From the NCBI GenBank assembly GCA_963785725.1, contig CAWAWS010000037.1:30345-94344 (forward strand): DNA of 64,000 bases, in the 5' to 3' direction. Position 1 is the stretch's first letter, and every line of letters starts with the position of its first letter. Source of the DNA: an uncultured delta proteobacterium. Lineage in GTDB: Bacteria; Myxococcota_A; Polyangia; Palsa-1104. Shown here in pieces: positions 20,486 through 29,815 of this stretch. The position numbers and the translations under genes are program-made. Below the pieces are notes generated by a model. The model made no database searches. It was given only the letters and a program-made list of their open reading frames with translations, and was not told the origin of the DNA.

Positions 20486-21672
20486 CCCGCGCGCAGAGGA
20501 CGCGCCAGCTGCACGTCATTCCCTATTACGCGCCGGCGACGCAGTTCGGCGGCGTGCAGACCGTCTGTCACCGCCTGTGCGAGGCGATGGCTGCGCGCGG
20601 CCACGCCGTCACGGTGCTGACGACCGACGTCGCCTCGCGCAGCGAGCGGCTGCCCCAGGCGCGCGAGCGGCGCAACGGCGTCGACGTCGTGCGCGTGCCC
20701 AATTGGTCGCAGTCGCTGGTGCGCGCGAACCTTTACACGCCGCGCGATTTCCGGCGCCACGCGGCCGCGCTCATCGCCGAGCACGACTTCGTGCATGTCC
20801 ACGACGTCTTCAATTGGCTGACCTATGTCGCCATCGACGAAGCGACGCGGCAAGGGCGGCCGAGCATTTTATCGAGCGACAATTTGTTGGGTTTTCACGG
20901 TCGTCCCGCGCGCGTGCTGGTGCGCCGCGCGCTCTATCGGCTGCTCGGCCGGCCGACGGTGGCGCGGGCGTCGCTCGTGCAAGCGCTCTTGCCGGGCGAG
21001 CTCGACGCGGCGGCGCTCGGCATCGCGCCCGAGCGCATTCGCGTCATCCACAACGGCGTGGCCATGCCGCCGCCGGCCGGCGACGCGGCGCGTTTTCGCG
21101 CCCGCTTCGGCATCACGGCGCCGATCATCGTGCTCTTCGTCGGCCAGCTCCTGTACGGCAAAGGCGTCGACCTCGTGCTCGCGGCGGCCAAGTCGCTCGT
21201 CGCCGCCGGTCGCGATGACCTGGCCTTCGTCTTCGTCGGCTCGGGCGACGATTGGACGAGGCTCGCCGGCGCCAAGCCGCCGCCGTACGTGACCGCGACC
21301 GGCTTTCTGCACGGCGACGCGCTGGCCGACGCGCGCGCCGCCGCGTCGCTGTATGTGCTGCCGTCGCGCGCCGATCGCACGCCCATGACGGCGCTGGAGG
21401 CGCTCGCGTACGGCCTGCCCAGCCTCTTGTCACACGATGTGCACATGCCCGAAGTCGCGACGTCGGGCGCCGGCCTCGTCGTCGCCGCCGACGAGGCGGC
21501 CGTGACGGCCGGCCTGTCCGAGCTGCTCGCCCGTCGCGACGCCTGGCCGGCGATGGCCGCCGCGGCTCGCCAGCTCGTCGTCGATCGTTACGCGCTCGAC
21601 CGCATCCACGACCAATACGAACGCATGTATGACGAGCTTTCGACGCTGCATCGGCAGGCTGCGCAGCGATAG
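20482..21672 (+). CDS. GT4 glycosyltransferase
   Basis: PATQFGG, GHAVTVLTT, IHNGV, FVGQL..KG, LPSRAD..MTALEA; GTGA overlap. Confidence 0.85.
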   Translation: MTRAQRTRQLHVIPYYAPATQFGGVQTVCHRLCEAMAARGHAVTVLTTDVASRSERLPQARERRNGVDVVRVPNWSQSLVRANLYTPRDFRRHAAALIAEHDFVHVHDVFNWLTYVAIDEATRQGRPSILSSDNLLGFHGRPARVLVRRALYRLLGRPTVARASLVQALLPGELDAAALGIAPERIRVIHNGVAMPPPAGDAARFRARFGITAPIIVLFVGQLLYGKGVDLVLAAAKSLVAAGRDDLAFVFVGSGDDWTRLAGAKPPPYVTATGFLHGDALADARAAASLYVLPSRADRTPMTALEALAYGLPSLLSHDVHMPEVATSGAGLVVAADEAAVTAGLSELLARRDAWPAMAAAARQLVVDRYALDRIHDQYERMYDELSTLHRQAAQR

Positions 21673-21810
21673 CGACACATGATAGAGTCGCGCCGTGTTC
21701 CGCGCCGGCCGCTCCATTCCGCCGCGCCGCCGGCTGCACGTCGTCGCCTCGTTCGCCGCGTCGACGTCGAGCCGGCCGCGCGACGTCCGCTCGCTCGCGA
21801 GGCGCCGCTG

Positions 21811-22542
21811 ATGCGCGTCCTCTTCGTCGTGCCCGCGTTCAACGAGGAGCGCGCGCTGCCGGCCGTCATCGGCGAGCTGCGCTCGGAGGCGACGGCGCTC
21901 GCCCTCGACGCCGACGTGCTCATCGTCGACGACGGCTCCGGCGATCGCACGAGCGAGGTCGCCACCTCGTGCGGCGCGCGCGTCTTGCGCCTCTGTCGCA
22001 ACCTCGGCATCGGCGGCGCCGTGCAGGTCGGCCTGCGTCTGGCCCTGCGCGAAGGCTTCGACTGCGCCGTTCAGGTCGACGGCGACGGCCAGCATCCCGC
22101 CACCGAGCTGCGTAAGCTGCTGGCGCCGCTCAGTGGTCCGCAGCCGCCCGATCTCATCGTCGGCACGCGCTATCGCGGGCGCGACGGCTTCCGCTCGACG
22201 CCGCTGCGCCGCTTCGGTAGCTGGTGGCTGCGTCAGCTCTTGCTCGTCGTCGCCCACTTGCGCGTCAGCGATCCGACGTCCGGCTTCCGCGTCTACAATC
22301 GTCGCGCGCTCGCGCTCTTCGACGTCACCTATCCCTACGATTACCCCGAGCCCGAGTCGCTCGCCATCGCCGCCGCGGCGCGCCTGCGCGTCAGCGAGGT
22401 CGCCGTCACCATGCGCGATCGCCAACACGGCCGCAGCAGCATCGGCGGCTTGTACGCGCCGTATTACATGTTGAAGACGAGCCTGGCCTTGGTCTTGTCC
22501 TACGTCCGCAACCGCGTCCCCAAGCCGAGCCACATCGTTTAA
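21811..22542 (+). CDS. GT2 glycosyltransferase, DPM1-like (partner of DUF2304)
   Basis: VPAFNEE, DDGSGD, NLGIGGAVQ, DGDGQH, DPTSGFR, YPEPE. Confidence 0.9.
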   Translation: MRVLFVVPAFNEERALPAVIGELRSEATALALDADVLIVDDGSGDRTSEVATSCGARVLRLCRNLGIGGAVQVGLRLALREGFDCAVQVDGDGQHPATELRKLLAPLSGPQPPDLIVGTRYRGRDGFRSTPLRRFGSWWLRQLLLVVAHLRVSDPTSGFRVYNRRALALFDVTYPYDYPEPESLAIAAAARLRVSEVAVTMRDRQHGRSSIGGLYAPYYMLKTSLALVLSYVRNRVPKPSHIV

Positions 22543-22967
22543 TGCTCGAATTCCGTCGCTATTGGCTCTTTGCCGCCTTCTGTATCGCCATCGCGCTCTT
22601 GATGTTTCGCATGGTGATCAAAGAGCGCGTCACGCTGCAGGCGAGCCTCTCGTTCCTGCTCGTGCTCTTGTTGACGGCCGGCTTCGCCATCTTCCCCGAG
22701 CCGCTGACCTGGGTCGCCATCCACCTCGGCTTCACGCTGCCGTCGAACTTCTTCCTCTCGGCCGGCGTCGGCGCGCTGGCGTTCCTGCATCTGGCGTCGC
22801 TGGTGCATTTGTCGCGCGTGCAGCTGCGCTCGGTGACGCTGACGCAGGAGTTGGCGCTGGTGCAAGAGAAGCTCGAGCGCGTCGTGGCCCGTCTCGACGA
22901 GCGCGACGAAGCGGCGAGCGGCAAAGTGGACAGCGTCGTCGTCTCCGAGCCGTCGTCGCGAGGCTGA
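22542..22967 (+). CDS. DUF2304-family small membrane protein
   Basis: Three TM segments, FAIFP, LGF..PSN, C-terminal LTQELAL; TAATG coupling to the GT2. Confidence 0.75.
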   Translation: MLEFRRYWLFAAFCIAIALLMFRMVIKERVTLQASLSFLLVLLLTAGFAIFPEPLTWVAIHLGFTLPSNFFLSAGVGALAFLHLASLVHLSRVQLRSVTLTQELALVQEKLERVVARLDERDEAASGKVDSVVVSEPSSRG

Positions 22968-22970
22968 ACA

Positions 22971-24056
22971 GTGGCGCCGCGTACCGCCATCATCGTCGTC
23001 ACCTACAACTCCGAGCGCTACCTCGACGACCTCTTCGCCAGCCTGCACGCGCACACCGATTTCGCGCACACGCAGCTCGTCGTCGTCGACAACGCGTCGC
23101 GCGACGGCACGCTCTTGCGGCTGCAAGCGCACGCCGCCGGCCACGACTTCGTCGAGCTCTTACCGCAAGCGCATAACTCAGGCTTTACCGGTGGAAACAA
23201 TATCGGTTTACAGCGCGCCCGCGAGCTCGGCTGCGACTACGCGCTCCTGCTCAATCCCGACACCGTCGTCACCGACGGCTGGCTAGAGGCGTTGGTGACG
23301 CTCATGGACGATCGTCCCGATATCGGCGCCGCGCAGCCGTTATTGATGCTCCACGACGATCCCGAGCGCATCAACACCGCCGGCAACGCCATTCACTTCT
23401 GCGGCTTCGGCTTCTGCGACAACTACAACAAGCACGTCGACGAATTGGGCCTCGGCGACGGGCCGCGCTCGGTGCCGTACGCGACCGGCGCCGCGCTCAT
23501 GCTGCGCCTCGACGCGCTCGATCGCGTGGGCGACTTCGATGACCTCTTGTTCCTCTATCACGAGGACTGCGACCTACAGATTCGGCTGCGCCAAGCGGGT
23601 TACGAGTGCGTCGTCCTGCCGACCGTGCGCGTGCTGCATAAATACGACGACTCGTTTTCGCCGGCGAAATACGGCTGGCTCGAGCGCAATCGCTGGATGG
23701 TCATGATCAAGGATTGGCCCGGCGACGTCTTGTTGGCGGCGGCGCCGGCGCTCGTCGGCGTGCAGCTGGCGGTCACGCTCTTCGCCGTGCGCGGCGGTTG
23801 GGGCAGCGAGCTGTGGCGCGCCTACCGCGACATCGCGCGCCATCTGCCGGCGCTGTTGGCGGCGCGCACGCGCGTGCAAGCGGCGCGCACGGCCGACGCC
23901 AACGAGGTCGCCTGGTTTTCGGGCGCGCTGCGCTTCGAAGGGCTCGACCATCCCATCATCACGCGACTGGCGAATCCGCTGCTGTCGGCCTATTGGCGCG
24001 CCGCGCGCCGCGTTTTGCCGTCGGTGCGCGCCGCCGATCGCCGCCGCCAGCCCTAA
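22971..24056 (+). CDS. GT2 glycosyltransferase (WbbL-like)
   Basis: VTYNS, VDNASRDG, NSGFTGGNNIG, LLNPDT, FLYHEDCD. Confidence 0.88.
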   Translation: MAPRTAIIVVTYNSERYLDDLFASLHAHTDFAHTQLVVVDNASRDGTLLRLQAHAAGHDFVELLPQAHNSGFTGGNNIGLQRARELGCDYALLLNPDTVVTDGWLEALVTLMDDRPDIGAAQPLLMLHDDPERINTAGNAIHFCGFGFCDNYNKHVDELGLGDGPRSVPYATGAALMLRLDALDRVGDFDDLLFLYHEDCDLQIRLRQAGYECVVLPTVRVLHKYDDSFSPAKYGWLERNRWMVMIKDWPGDVLLAAAPALVGVQLAVTLFAVRGGWGSELWRAYRDIARHLPALLAARTRVQAARTADANEVAWFSGALRFEGLDHPIITRLANPLLSAYWRAARRVLPSVRAADRRRQP

Positions 24057-24130
24057 TTCGCGGGCCGCGACGCCTCCCGCGGCTCACGCAAGTCATTGAC
24101 GCGCGCCCGCCCGCCGGTTCATGTAAGCGC

Positions 24131-25423
24131 ATGATTTTTACGCGCCGCCTGTTGGTGACGTTGCTGATTCCTGCGCTTTTCTTGGCCGCGCAGCAGTGGC
24201 TGCTCTTGCCCGGCCTCGATCACGGGCACTTGAAGGCGCTCTTGGCGCGCGGGACGAACGGCGATCTGTCGACCCTCAGCGTGCTGTCGGTCGGCCTCTC
24301 GCCGGCGCTCACGGCGTTCATCATCGTCGAGTGGGCGGCGCTGTTGATCCCGCCGTGGCGCGCGCTGCGCCGCGGCACGCCGGCCCAGCGGCAGTCGCTC
24401 GAGCGCGCCGCGCTCGTCGGCACCTTCCTGGTCGCGATCGCGCTGTCCTGGTTTCGGGCGGTCTCTTTCACGACGCTGAGCGGGACGGCGCCGCTGTTCC
24501 CCGACACGACGCTGGCGCGCCTCGTCATCACCGTGAGCCTCGTCGCCGGCACCGGCGTCGTGCTCGTGCTCGCGTCGGTGATCGATCGCTTCGGCCTCGG
24601 TCGCGGCTTCTCGATCTTGCTCGTGACGCCCATCGTCGTGACGGCGGTGCGGCTGGCGAAGGTCGCACCCCTCTTGCCGTCGGGCGATTTGGTGTGGCTG
24701 GCGGCCGAAGTCGCCGCCGTCGTCGCCGCCGCGCGCTTCGCCCTCACCGCGCACCGCCGCGCCGCGACGACGTCGGCGCGCCTGCGCCTGCCGACGAGCG
24801 GCCTCTTGCCGCTCAGCGTCGCCACCGCCGGGCTGGCGCTCGTCTCCAAATACCTCATCACCGTTCCCGACTCGGGCACCGTCGCGCACGCCGGCATCTC
24901 GACGCTCGTCATCGTCACCGTCGCCGTCGTCGTCACGCGCCTCTATTTCCCGACGGCGAAGCTGCGCGACGTGTGGCGCCGCGCCGACCCGAGCCTGGCC
25001 ACCGACGACTTCGCCCTGACGCTGCGCGCGGCGCTCATCAAGACGGTGGTGTTCCTGCTCGTCGTCGGCATCGGCTTCTCACTGCTCGCGCATTCGCTGC
25101 ATCTGGCCGCCGTCATCGATCCCCTGCTCGTCGTGGCGACGACGGCGGTGGCGCTCGATCTCGTCGCCGAAGCGCGCGCCCGTCGCGCGCACGGCGAGCT
25201 GGTCGCGGTCTGGTCGCTGCATCAGCTGGCGCTCCTCGACGCGGCCACGACGGCGCTCGATCGCGCCGCCATTCCCGTGCACGCGCGGGCCGCGCACCAT
25301 CGCGCGCTCTTGTGGTTCTTCGGACCGTATATTCCCGTCGAGCTGATGGTGCCGCCGGCGCGCGCCGCCGAAGCCCGCGACCTCCTCGCGACCGTGCTGC
25401 TGGACCCGCCGTTCGTGCGCTGA
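24131..25423 (+). CDS. Divergent SecY-like membrane protein with a C-terminal soluble (DUF2007-like) extension
   Basis: Collinear SecY signatures: RRLL, PGLD, SVLSVGLSPALTAFIIVE, SLVAGT, GLGRGFSILL, LPTSGLLP, VALD; not in the spc ribosomal operon. Confidence 0.7.
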   Translation: MIFTRRLLVTLLIPALFLAAQQWLLLPGLDHGHLKALLARGTNGDLSTLSVLSVGLSPALTAFIIVEWAALLIPPWRALRRGTPAQRQSLERAALVGTFLVAIALSWFRAVSFTTLSGTAPLFPDTTLARLVITVSLVAGTGVVLVLASVIDRFGLGRGFSILLVTPIVVTAVRLAKVAPLLPSGDLVWLAAEVAAVVAAARFALTAHRRAATTSARLRLPTSGLLPLSVATAGLALVSKYLITVPDSGTVAHAGISTLVIVTVAVVVTRLYFPTAKLRDVWRRADPSLATDDFALTLRAALIKTVVFLLVVGIGFSLLAHSLHLAAVIDPLLVVATTAVALDLVAEARARRAHGELVAVWSLHQLALLDAATTALDRAAIPVHARAAHHRALLWFFGPYIPVELMVPPARAAEARDLLATVLLDPPFVR

Positions 25424-25430
25424 CTCACGC

Positions 25431-25646
25431 ACCAGGGCCTGCAAAGGCAGCCAGCTCGGCTTCGGCTACTTCTGCACGACCGGCGCGACCAATACGACCT
25501 ATTGCACGACGACGATGTTGTATACGGAAATGCAGGCGGCCAATCTGGCGTCGAGCCTACAAGCGGCCGGCGCCAGTGGACAGAAAGTCACACTGTATGC
25601 AGGAAGCGGTCAGGCGGGAAAATGGATCGAATTCTCGCAGCCGTAA
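25431..25646 (+). pseudogene. Probable orphan 3' fragment of a Cys/Thr-rich protein gene
   Basis: Open frame TRACKGSQLGFGYFCTTGATNTTYCTTT...KWIEFSQP* with no start codon before the Cys-rich part. Confidence 0.3.
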
Positions 25647-25652
25647 TCGATA

Positions 25653-27821
25653 TCAGCTGGCTTTGATGTTCTGAAAGTCGATCCCCAGCTTCGAGACCGT
25701 CGCCAAGCGCTTACCGGTTCGCACCATGTCGACATTCTCGACGAACTCGACGGCGATATTCATGTCGCTGCCGAGAAACTGGTGCAAGACGCCGACGACC
25801 TGCTGCAACGTCTCGTCACTGAAGCGCTTGCCTTTGACGACCTTGAACGTAATCGCGCCGCGATCGGTCTGCACGATCTGGAACTGCCGAATGGCGTGAT
25901 CGTAGTCCTTCAACAAATGCGCGAAGAAGGTGCCCGGCACATATTGGCCTTTGGAGCCAATGATGATCGATTGCACGCGGCCTTCGATGCGCCCGATGCG
26001 CGGCAAGCCGCGGCCGCAGCCGCACATTTCGTTGCTGTCGACCGCTTCCGCCAAGTCGCCGATGCGATAACGAATGAACGGCAAACAATAGTTATTCAAG
26101 TCGGTGACGACGACTTCGCCGATCTCGCCCGGCGCCGCCGGCTTTCCATCTTTCAATATCTCGACGATATAGCCTTCGCCGACGACGTGATGACCCATGT
26201 GCGCTTCGCATTCGTAGGCGATGCCGGAGAACTCGCGCGAGCCATACTTGTCGAACACTTTGCAGCCGAACGCTTCCTCGATCATCTTGCGACTGCCGTC
26301 CGGCAACGTCTGCGCCGAGGAGATGATCCCTTTAGGCTTGATCGCCATCTTGCCTTTGTCTTGTAGATAGCGCGCCAAGAAGTTGAACGACTCGGCATAG
26401 CCATCGAGCAAAACCGGCCCGTATTTCTCGATGTCTTTGACGAACTGCCGCAGCGTATCGTCGCTCATTTCGTAAGCGGGAATGAACTTACGCCGCGACA
26501 GCGCCGCGTCGGCAAACTCGCGCGCCACCTGCGTCTTCGACATGCCCAGCGTCTGATGCCACAAGCGCAGCTGCCGATCGCCGAAGCGCCAACCGGTCCA
26601 CTCCATCGAACGCAGCGTCGCCGCCCAACGAAACTCCAGCTGCGCGCGATCGACGAAACAGACGAACGGCTCGCCCGTCGAGCCCGACGTCGTGACCTTG
26701 AGGATCTCCGCCTTGTCGTGATTGTCGCTCATGATGTCGAAATAGAGGTGCTTGCGCACGTCGTCTTTCGTCAGCATGGGCAGCTTCTGCAGATCATCGA
26801 GCGACTGCACGTCATCGGGCGTCAATCCCAATTGACGCATGCGATCGCGGTAATAAGGAACGTGCCGATAAGCGTGAATGATCATCTTACGCAGCTTGTT
26901 CAGCTGCAATTCACGCATCTTCTCCAGCGACAGCCACTGCGATTCCTTCAAGTCGGTCAATTGATCGCCGACCTGCTTCGTCATCATCCAATGCGTAATG
27001 CCGAACAGCTGCAAATAGCCGTTCCAATACAGACGCCGCCCAATCGACTGCGGCGCGTCGCGCACCAACGGCCGCTCGCGATCGAGGAACGTCCTCAGCG
27101 TCGACGGCGATTGCGGGCGAAATCGATACTCCAGCACCGCCTTGCCGATATCGACGAAGCTGCGCGCCACCGCTTTCAACTGCCCGTTGTCGAGGAACGA
27201 CTTACCGGCGCGGCGATTCTCGAACAGCGTCTCGATCTGCTTATACGTGTAACCTTTGGCGTGCGCCGCCACCATGATGAACGACTGCCAATAGTTGTAG
27301 TGACCGCGATAAGAGAGCAAATCCTCCATCACCTCGCGCGCGCACAAGATGAAGCCCGATTTGTTGTCCTTTAGATTCATCCCGAACGCCGTGTTCAACA
27401 TGGCGTTCAGCCCGCGCGAATAATAGAAGCGCGGCCCTTTGTCGCGCCCGACCGGCGAGCGCCAGCCCTGCACGATGTCGACGTTCGACACTTCCATCTC
27501 GCGCCGCAGCCGCAAGATGTCCTCCGGCTGATATTGCAGATCGGCGTCCAAGATCGACACCAGCCGCCCGCGCGCCGCGGCGACGCCCGTCTTCCAGCCG
27601 GCGGCGATGCCGCGATTCTCCGCGTGCCGCCGTCCGACGACGTACGGATGCTGCCGCGCCGCCGCCTCGATCGCCGCCCACGTGCCGTCGCTCGAGCCGT
27701 CGTCGACGAGGATGAGCTCGCCGTCGATGCCGGAGACGCTGAAGACGTCGCCGACGCGCGACACGAGCTCGGGAACATTGGCCTCTTCGTTGAGGCAGGG
27801 GACGATGACCGACAACTCCAT
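25653..27821 (-). CDS. Fusion: ArnC/DPM1-like GT2 + phenylacetate-CoA ligase-like (PaaK/CapK, ANL) adenylation domain
   Basis: N-terminal VPCLNEE, DDGSSD, DADLQ, QGWR; C-terminal TTSGSTGEP, YGSRE, RYRIGD, IEGR; single uninterrupted frame. Confidence 0.85.
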   Translation of the reverse strand: MELSVIVPCLNEEANVPELVSRVGDVFSVSGIDGELILVDDGSSDGTWAAIEAAARQHPYVVGRRHAENRGIAAGWKTGVAAARGRLVSILDADLQYQPEDILRLRREMEVSNVDIVQGWRSPVGRDKGPRFYYSRGLNAMLNTAFGMNLKDNKSGFILCAREVMEDLLSYRGHYNYWQSFIMVAAHAKGYTYKQIETLFENRRAGKSFLDNGQLKAVARSFVDIGKAVLEYRFRPQSPSTLRTFLDRERPLVRDAPQSIGRRLYWNGYLQLFGITHWMMTKQVGDQLTDLKESQWLSLEKMRELQLNKLRKMIIHAYRHVPYYRDRMRQLGLTPDDVQSLDDLQKLPMLTKDDVRKHLYFDIMSDNHDKAEILKVTTSGSTGEPFVCFVDRAQLEFRWAATLRSMEWTGWRFGDRQLRLWHQTLGMSKTQVAREFADAALSRRKFIPAYEMSDDTLRQFVKDIEKYGPVLLDGYAESFNFLARYLQDKGKMAIKPKGIISSAQTLPDGSRKMIEEAFGCKVFDKYGSREFSGIAYECEAHMGHHVVGEGYIVEILKDGKPAAPGEIGEVVVTDLNNYCLPFIRYRIGDLAEAVDSNEMCGCGRGLPRIGRIEGRVQSIIIGSKGQYVPGTFFAHLLKDYDHAIRQFQIVQTDRGAITFKVVKGKRFSDETLQQVVGVLHQFLGSDMNIAVEFVENVDMVRTGKRLATVSKLGIDFQNIKAS

Positions 27822-27894
27822 GGCCGGGAACTCTAGCAGATCAGCGACGGTCGCACGATGCCAGGCGACGCTCGTGGTAGGCTGCGCCCGCCGC

Positions 27895-29163
27895 ATGAAC
27901 GCCCGCGCCCGCCGACTCGCGCTGAGCCTGTATGCCGTCGTCGGCACGGCGCTGATGGTGCTGCTGCTGTCGCACGCGATCCCGGCGACGCGCGCCGCCT
28001 TCGCCGACTATCCCTACGACGGCAAAGTCGACTGGCTCGCGGCCCGCGCCTTCTGGGACGGCCGCAATCCCTACTCGCCCGAGGAGCTCCAGCGCACCAA
28101 GCTCGACGGCCTGGGCCATCCGCCGACGACCTCGTTCTGGTGGCTGCCGCTGGCGCACCTCAAGCTGTCGCAGATCAGCCCCGTCGTCGGCGCGCTCATC
28201 GCGCTGGCGCTCTTGACGACGTATCTCATGCTCGCGCACGAGCTCGCCTGGCCGCTGTGGCCGCTGTCGGCGCTGCTCCTCTTCGCCGCCGTCACGTCGC
28301 GCGGCTGGATGACCTACCACTTCAGCATCGTCCAAATCTCCGGCTTCCTCGGGCTGCTCTATTTCCTCGCCTGGATGGCGCTGCGCCGCGGCTACGACGT
28401 CGCCGCCGGCGTCCTCTTCGGCTGCGCCTGCACCATCAAGCTGTTCCCCGGCCTCATGGTCCTCATGCTGCTGCTCGCCCGTCGCTGGCGCGCGGTCGCT
28501 GCCGCGGTCGCCGTCTACCTCGCCGTCGCCGCCGTCATGACCGCGCGCTTCGGCGCCGTCGCCTGGTGGCAATACGTCGGCAGCGAGAAGGCCATCACCG
28601 ACTACTGGATCGGCAGCGTCCACAACGCCAGCCTCTACGGCGTCATCTTGCGCGTGCTCGTCCCCGCCTGCCACGGCAGCATCGCGTCGCAGCCGACCTG
28701 CACCGCCATCGCCCTCGTCCTGACCGCCGTCCTCACCTACATCGCCTGGGGATTGAGCCGTCGCGCGCTCGCCGAAGGCCGCGTCGACCTGCCGTTCGCG
28801 CTCTTCGCCATCGTCAGCGTCTTCGCCAATCCCTTCACCTTCGAGCACTACTTCGCGCTGCTCGTCTTTCCGCTCGCGCTCGTCGCCACGGCCGCCGTCG
28901 GCGCCGCCCGGCTCGGCATGCCGCGGCGCGAAGTCGCCGGCGTGGCCGCGCTCCTCACCGTCGCCGCCGGCCTTCTGTGCATCGACTTTCACTACACCGA
29001 CACGCTGACCTGGCAGTCGCATCGCTTGAAACACGCGCTCGAGCTGGCCAACTGGGTGCACATGCCGCTCGTGTTCATCGCCGCCGCGTCGCTGCTCGTG
29101 TGGAGTGAGCGCAAGGGCGGCGTGGCGCTGGTGCCGCAAATCGACAAAGGGAACGCGACGTGA
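27895..29163 (+). CDS. GT87 (DUF2029) membrane glycosyltransferase
   Basis: D..VDWLAA..FWDGRNPY, HPP, IKLFP, HNASL, P.TFEHY; many TM segments. Confidence 0.8.
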   Translation: MNARARRLALSLYAVVGTALMVLLLSHAIPATRAAFADYPYDGKVDWLAARAFWDGRNPYSPEELQRTKLDGLGHPPTTSFWWLPLAHLKLSQISPVVGALIALALLTTYLMLAHELAWPLWPLSALLLFAAVTSRGWMTYHFSIVQISGFLGLLYFLAWMALRRGYDVAAGVLFGCACTIKLFPGLMVLMLLLARRWRAVAAAVAVYLAVAAVMTARFGAVAWWQYVGSEKAITDYWIGSVHNASLYGVILRVLVPACHGSIASQPTCTAIALVLTAVLTYIAWGLSRRALAEGRVDLPFALFAIVSVFANPFTFEHYFALLVFPLALVATAAVGAARLGMPRREVAGVAALLTVAAGLLCIDFHYTDTLTWQSHRLKHALELANWVHMPLVFIAAASLLVWSERKGGVALVPQIDKGNAT

Positions 29164-29807
29164 ACGAACCGGCTTACGACCTCGTCATCTTCGATCTCGA
29201 CGGCACGCTCATCGACTCCATCGGCGACATCGCCGACGCGCTGGCCACGACGCTCGGCAAGGAGCTGCGCGACGCCGACGTCGCCCGTTGGGTCGGCGGC
29301 GGCGTGCACGAGCTCTTGCGCCGCGCGGGCGCCGAAGGCGACCTCGACGACATCGGGCGCCGCTATCGCGCGCAGTACGCCCAGGAGCCGGTGCGGCACA
29401 CGCGGCCCTACTTGCGCGTCAAAGAGTCGTTGCGCGCGCTCACCGTCGACAAAGCCGTCGCCACCAACAAGCCGGGCGGGTTGGCGCGCACCATCGTCGA
29501 CAAGCTCGGCCTGGCGCCCGAATTCGCCCTGGTGCTCGGCGAGGATGACGTCGGGCAAAAGAAGCCCGATCCGCTCATCGTCGACGTCATCCGCGGCAAG
29601 CTCGGCCGCGAGCGGGCGCGCACGCTCTTCGTCGGCGACAGCCTGGTCGACGCCGCCACCGCCGACGCCGCCGGCGTCGACTTGTGCCTCGTCACCTACG
29701 GCTACGAAGACCCCGCGCGCATCGCCGCCGCGCCCGCCAAGTTCCACATCGACCGCTTCGAGGACATCGTGGCGATCGTCAATGGCGTCGGCGGCGGCGC
29801 TAAGTAA
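29160..29807 (+). CDS. HAD-family hydrolase (phosphoglycolate phosphatase-like)
   Basis: FDLDGTLIDS, ATNK, KPDP, VGDS..D; GTGA overlap with GT87. Confidence 0.88.
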   Translation: MNEPAYDLVIFDLDGTLIDSIGDIADALATTLGKELRDADVARWVGGGVHELLRRAGAEGDLDDIGRRYRAQYAQEPVRHTRPYLRVKESLRALTVDKAVATNKPGGLARTIVDKLGLAPEFALVLGEDDVGQKKPDPLIVDVIRGKLGRERARTLFVGDSLVDAATADAAGVDLCLVTYGYEDPARIAAAPAKFHIDRFEDIVAIVNGVGGGAK

Positions 29808-29815
29808 ACAGTCGG

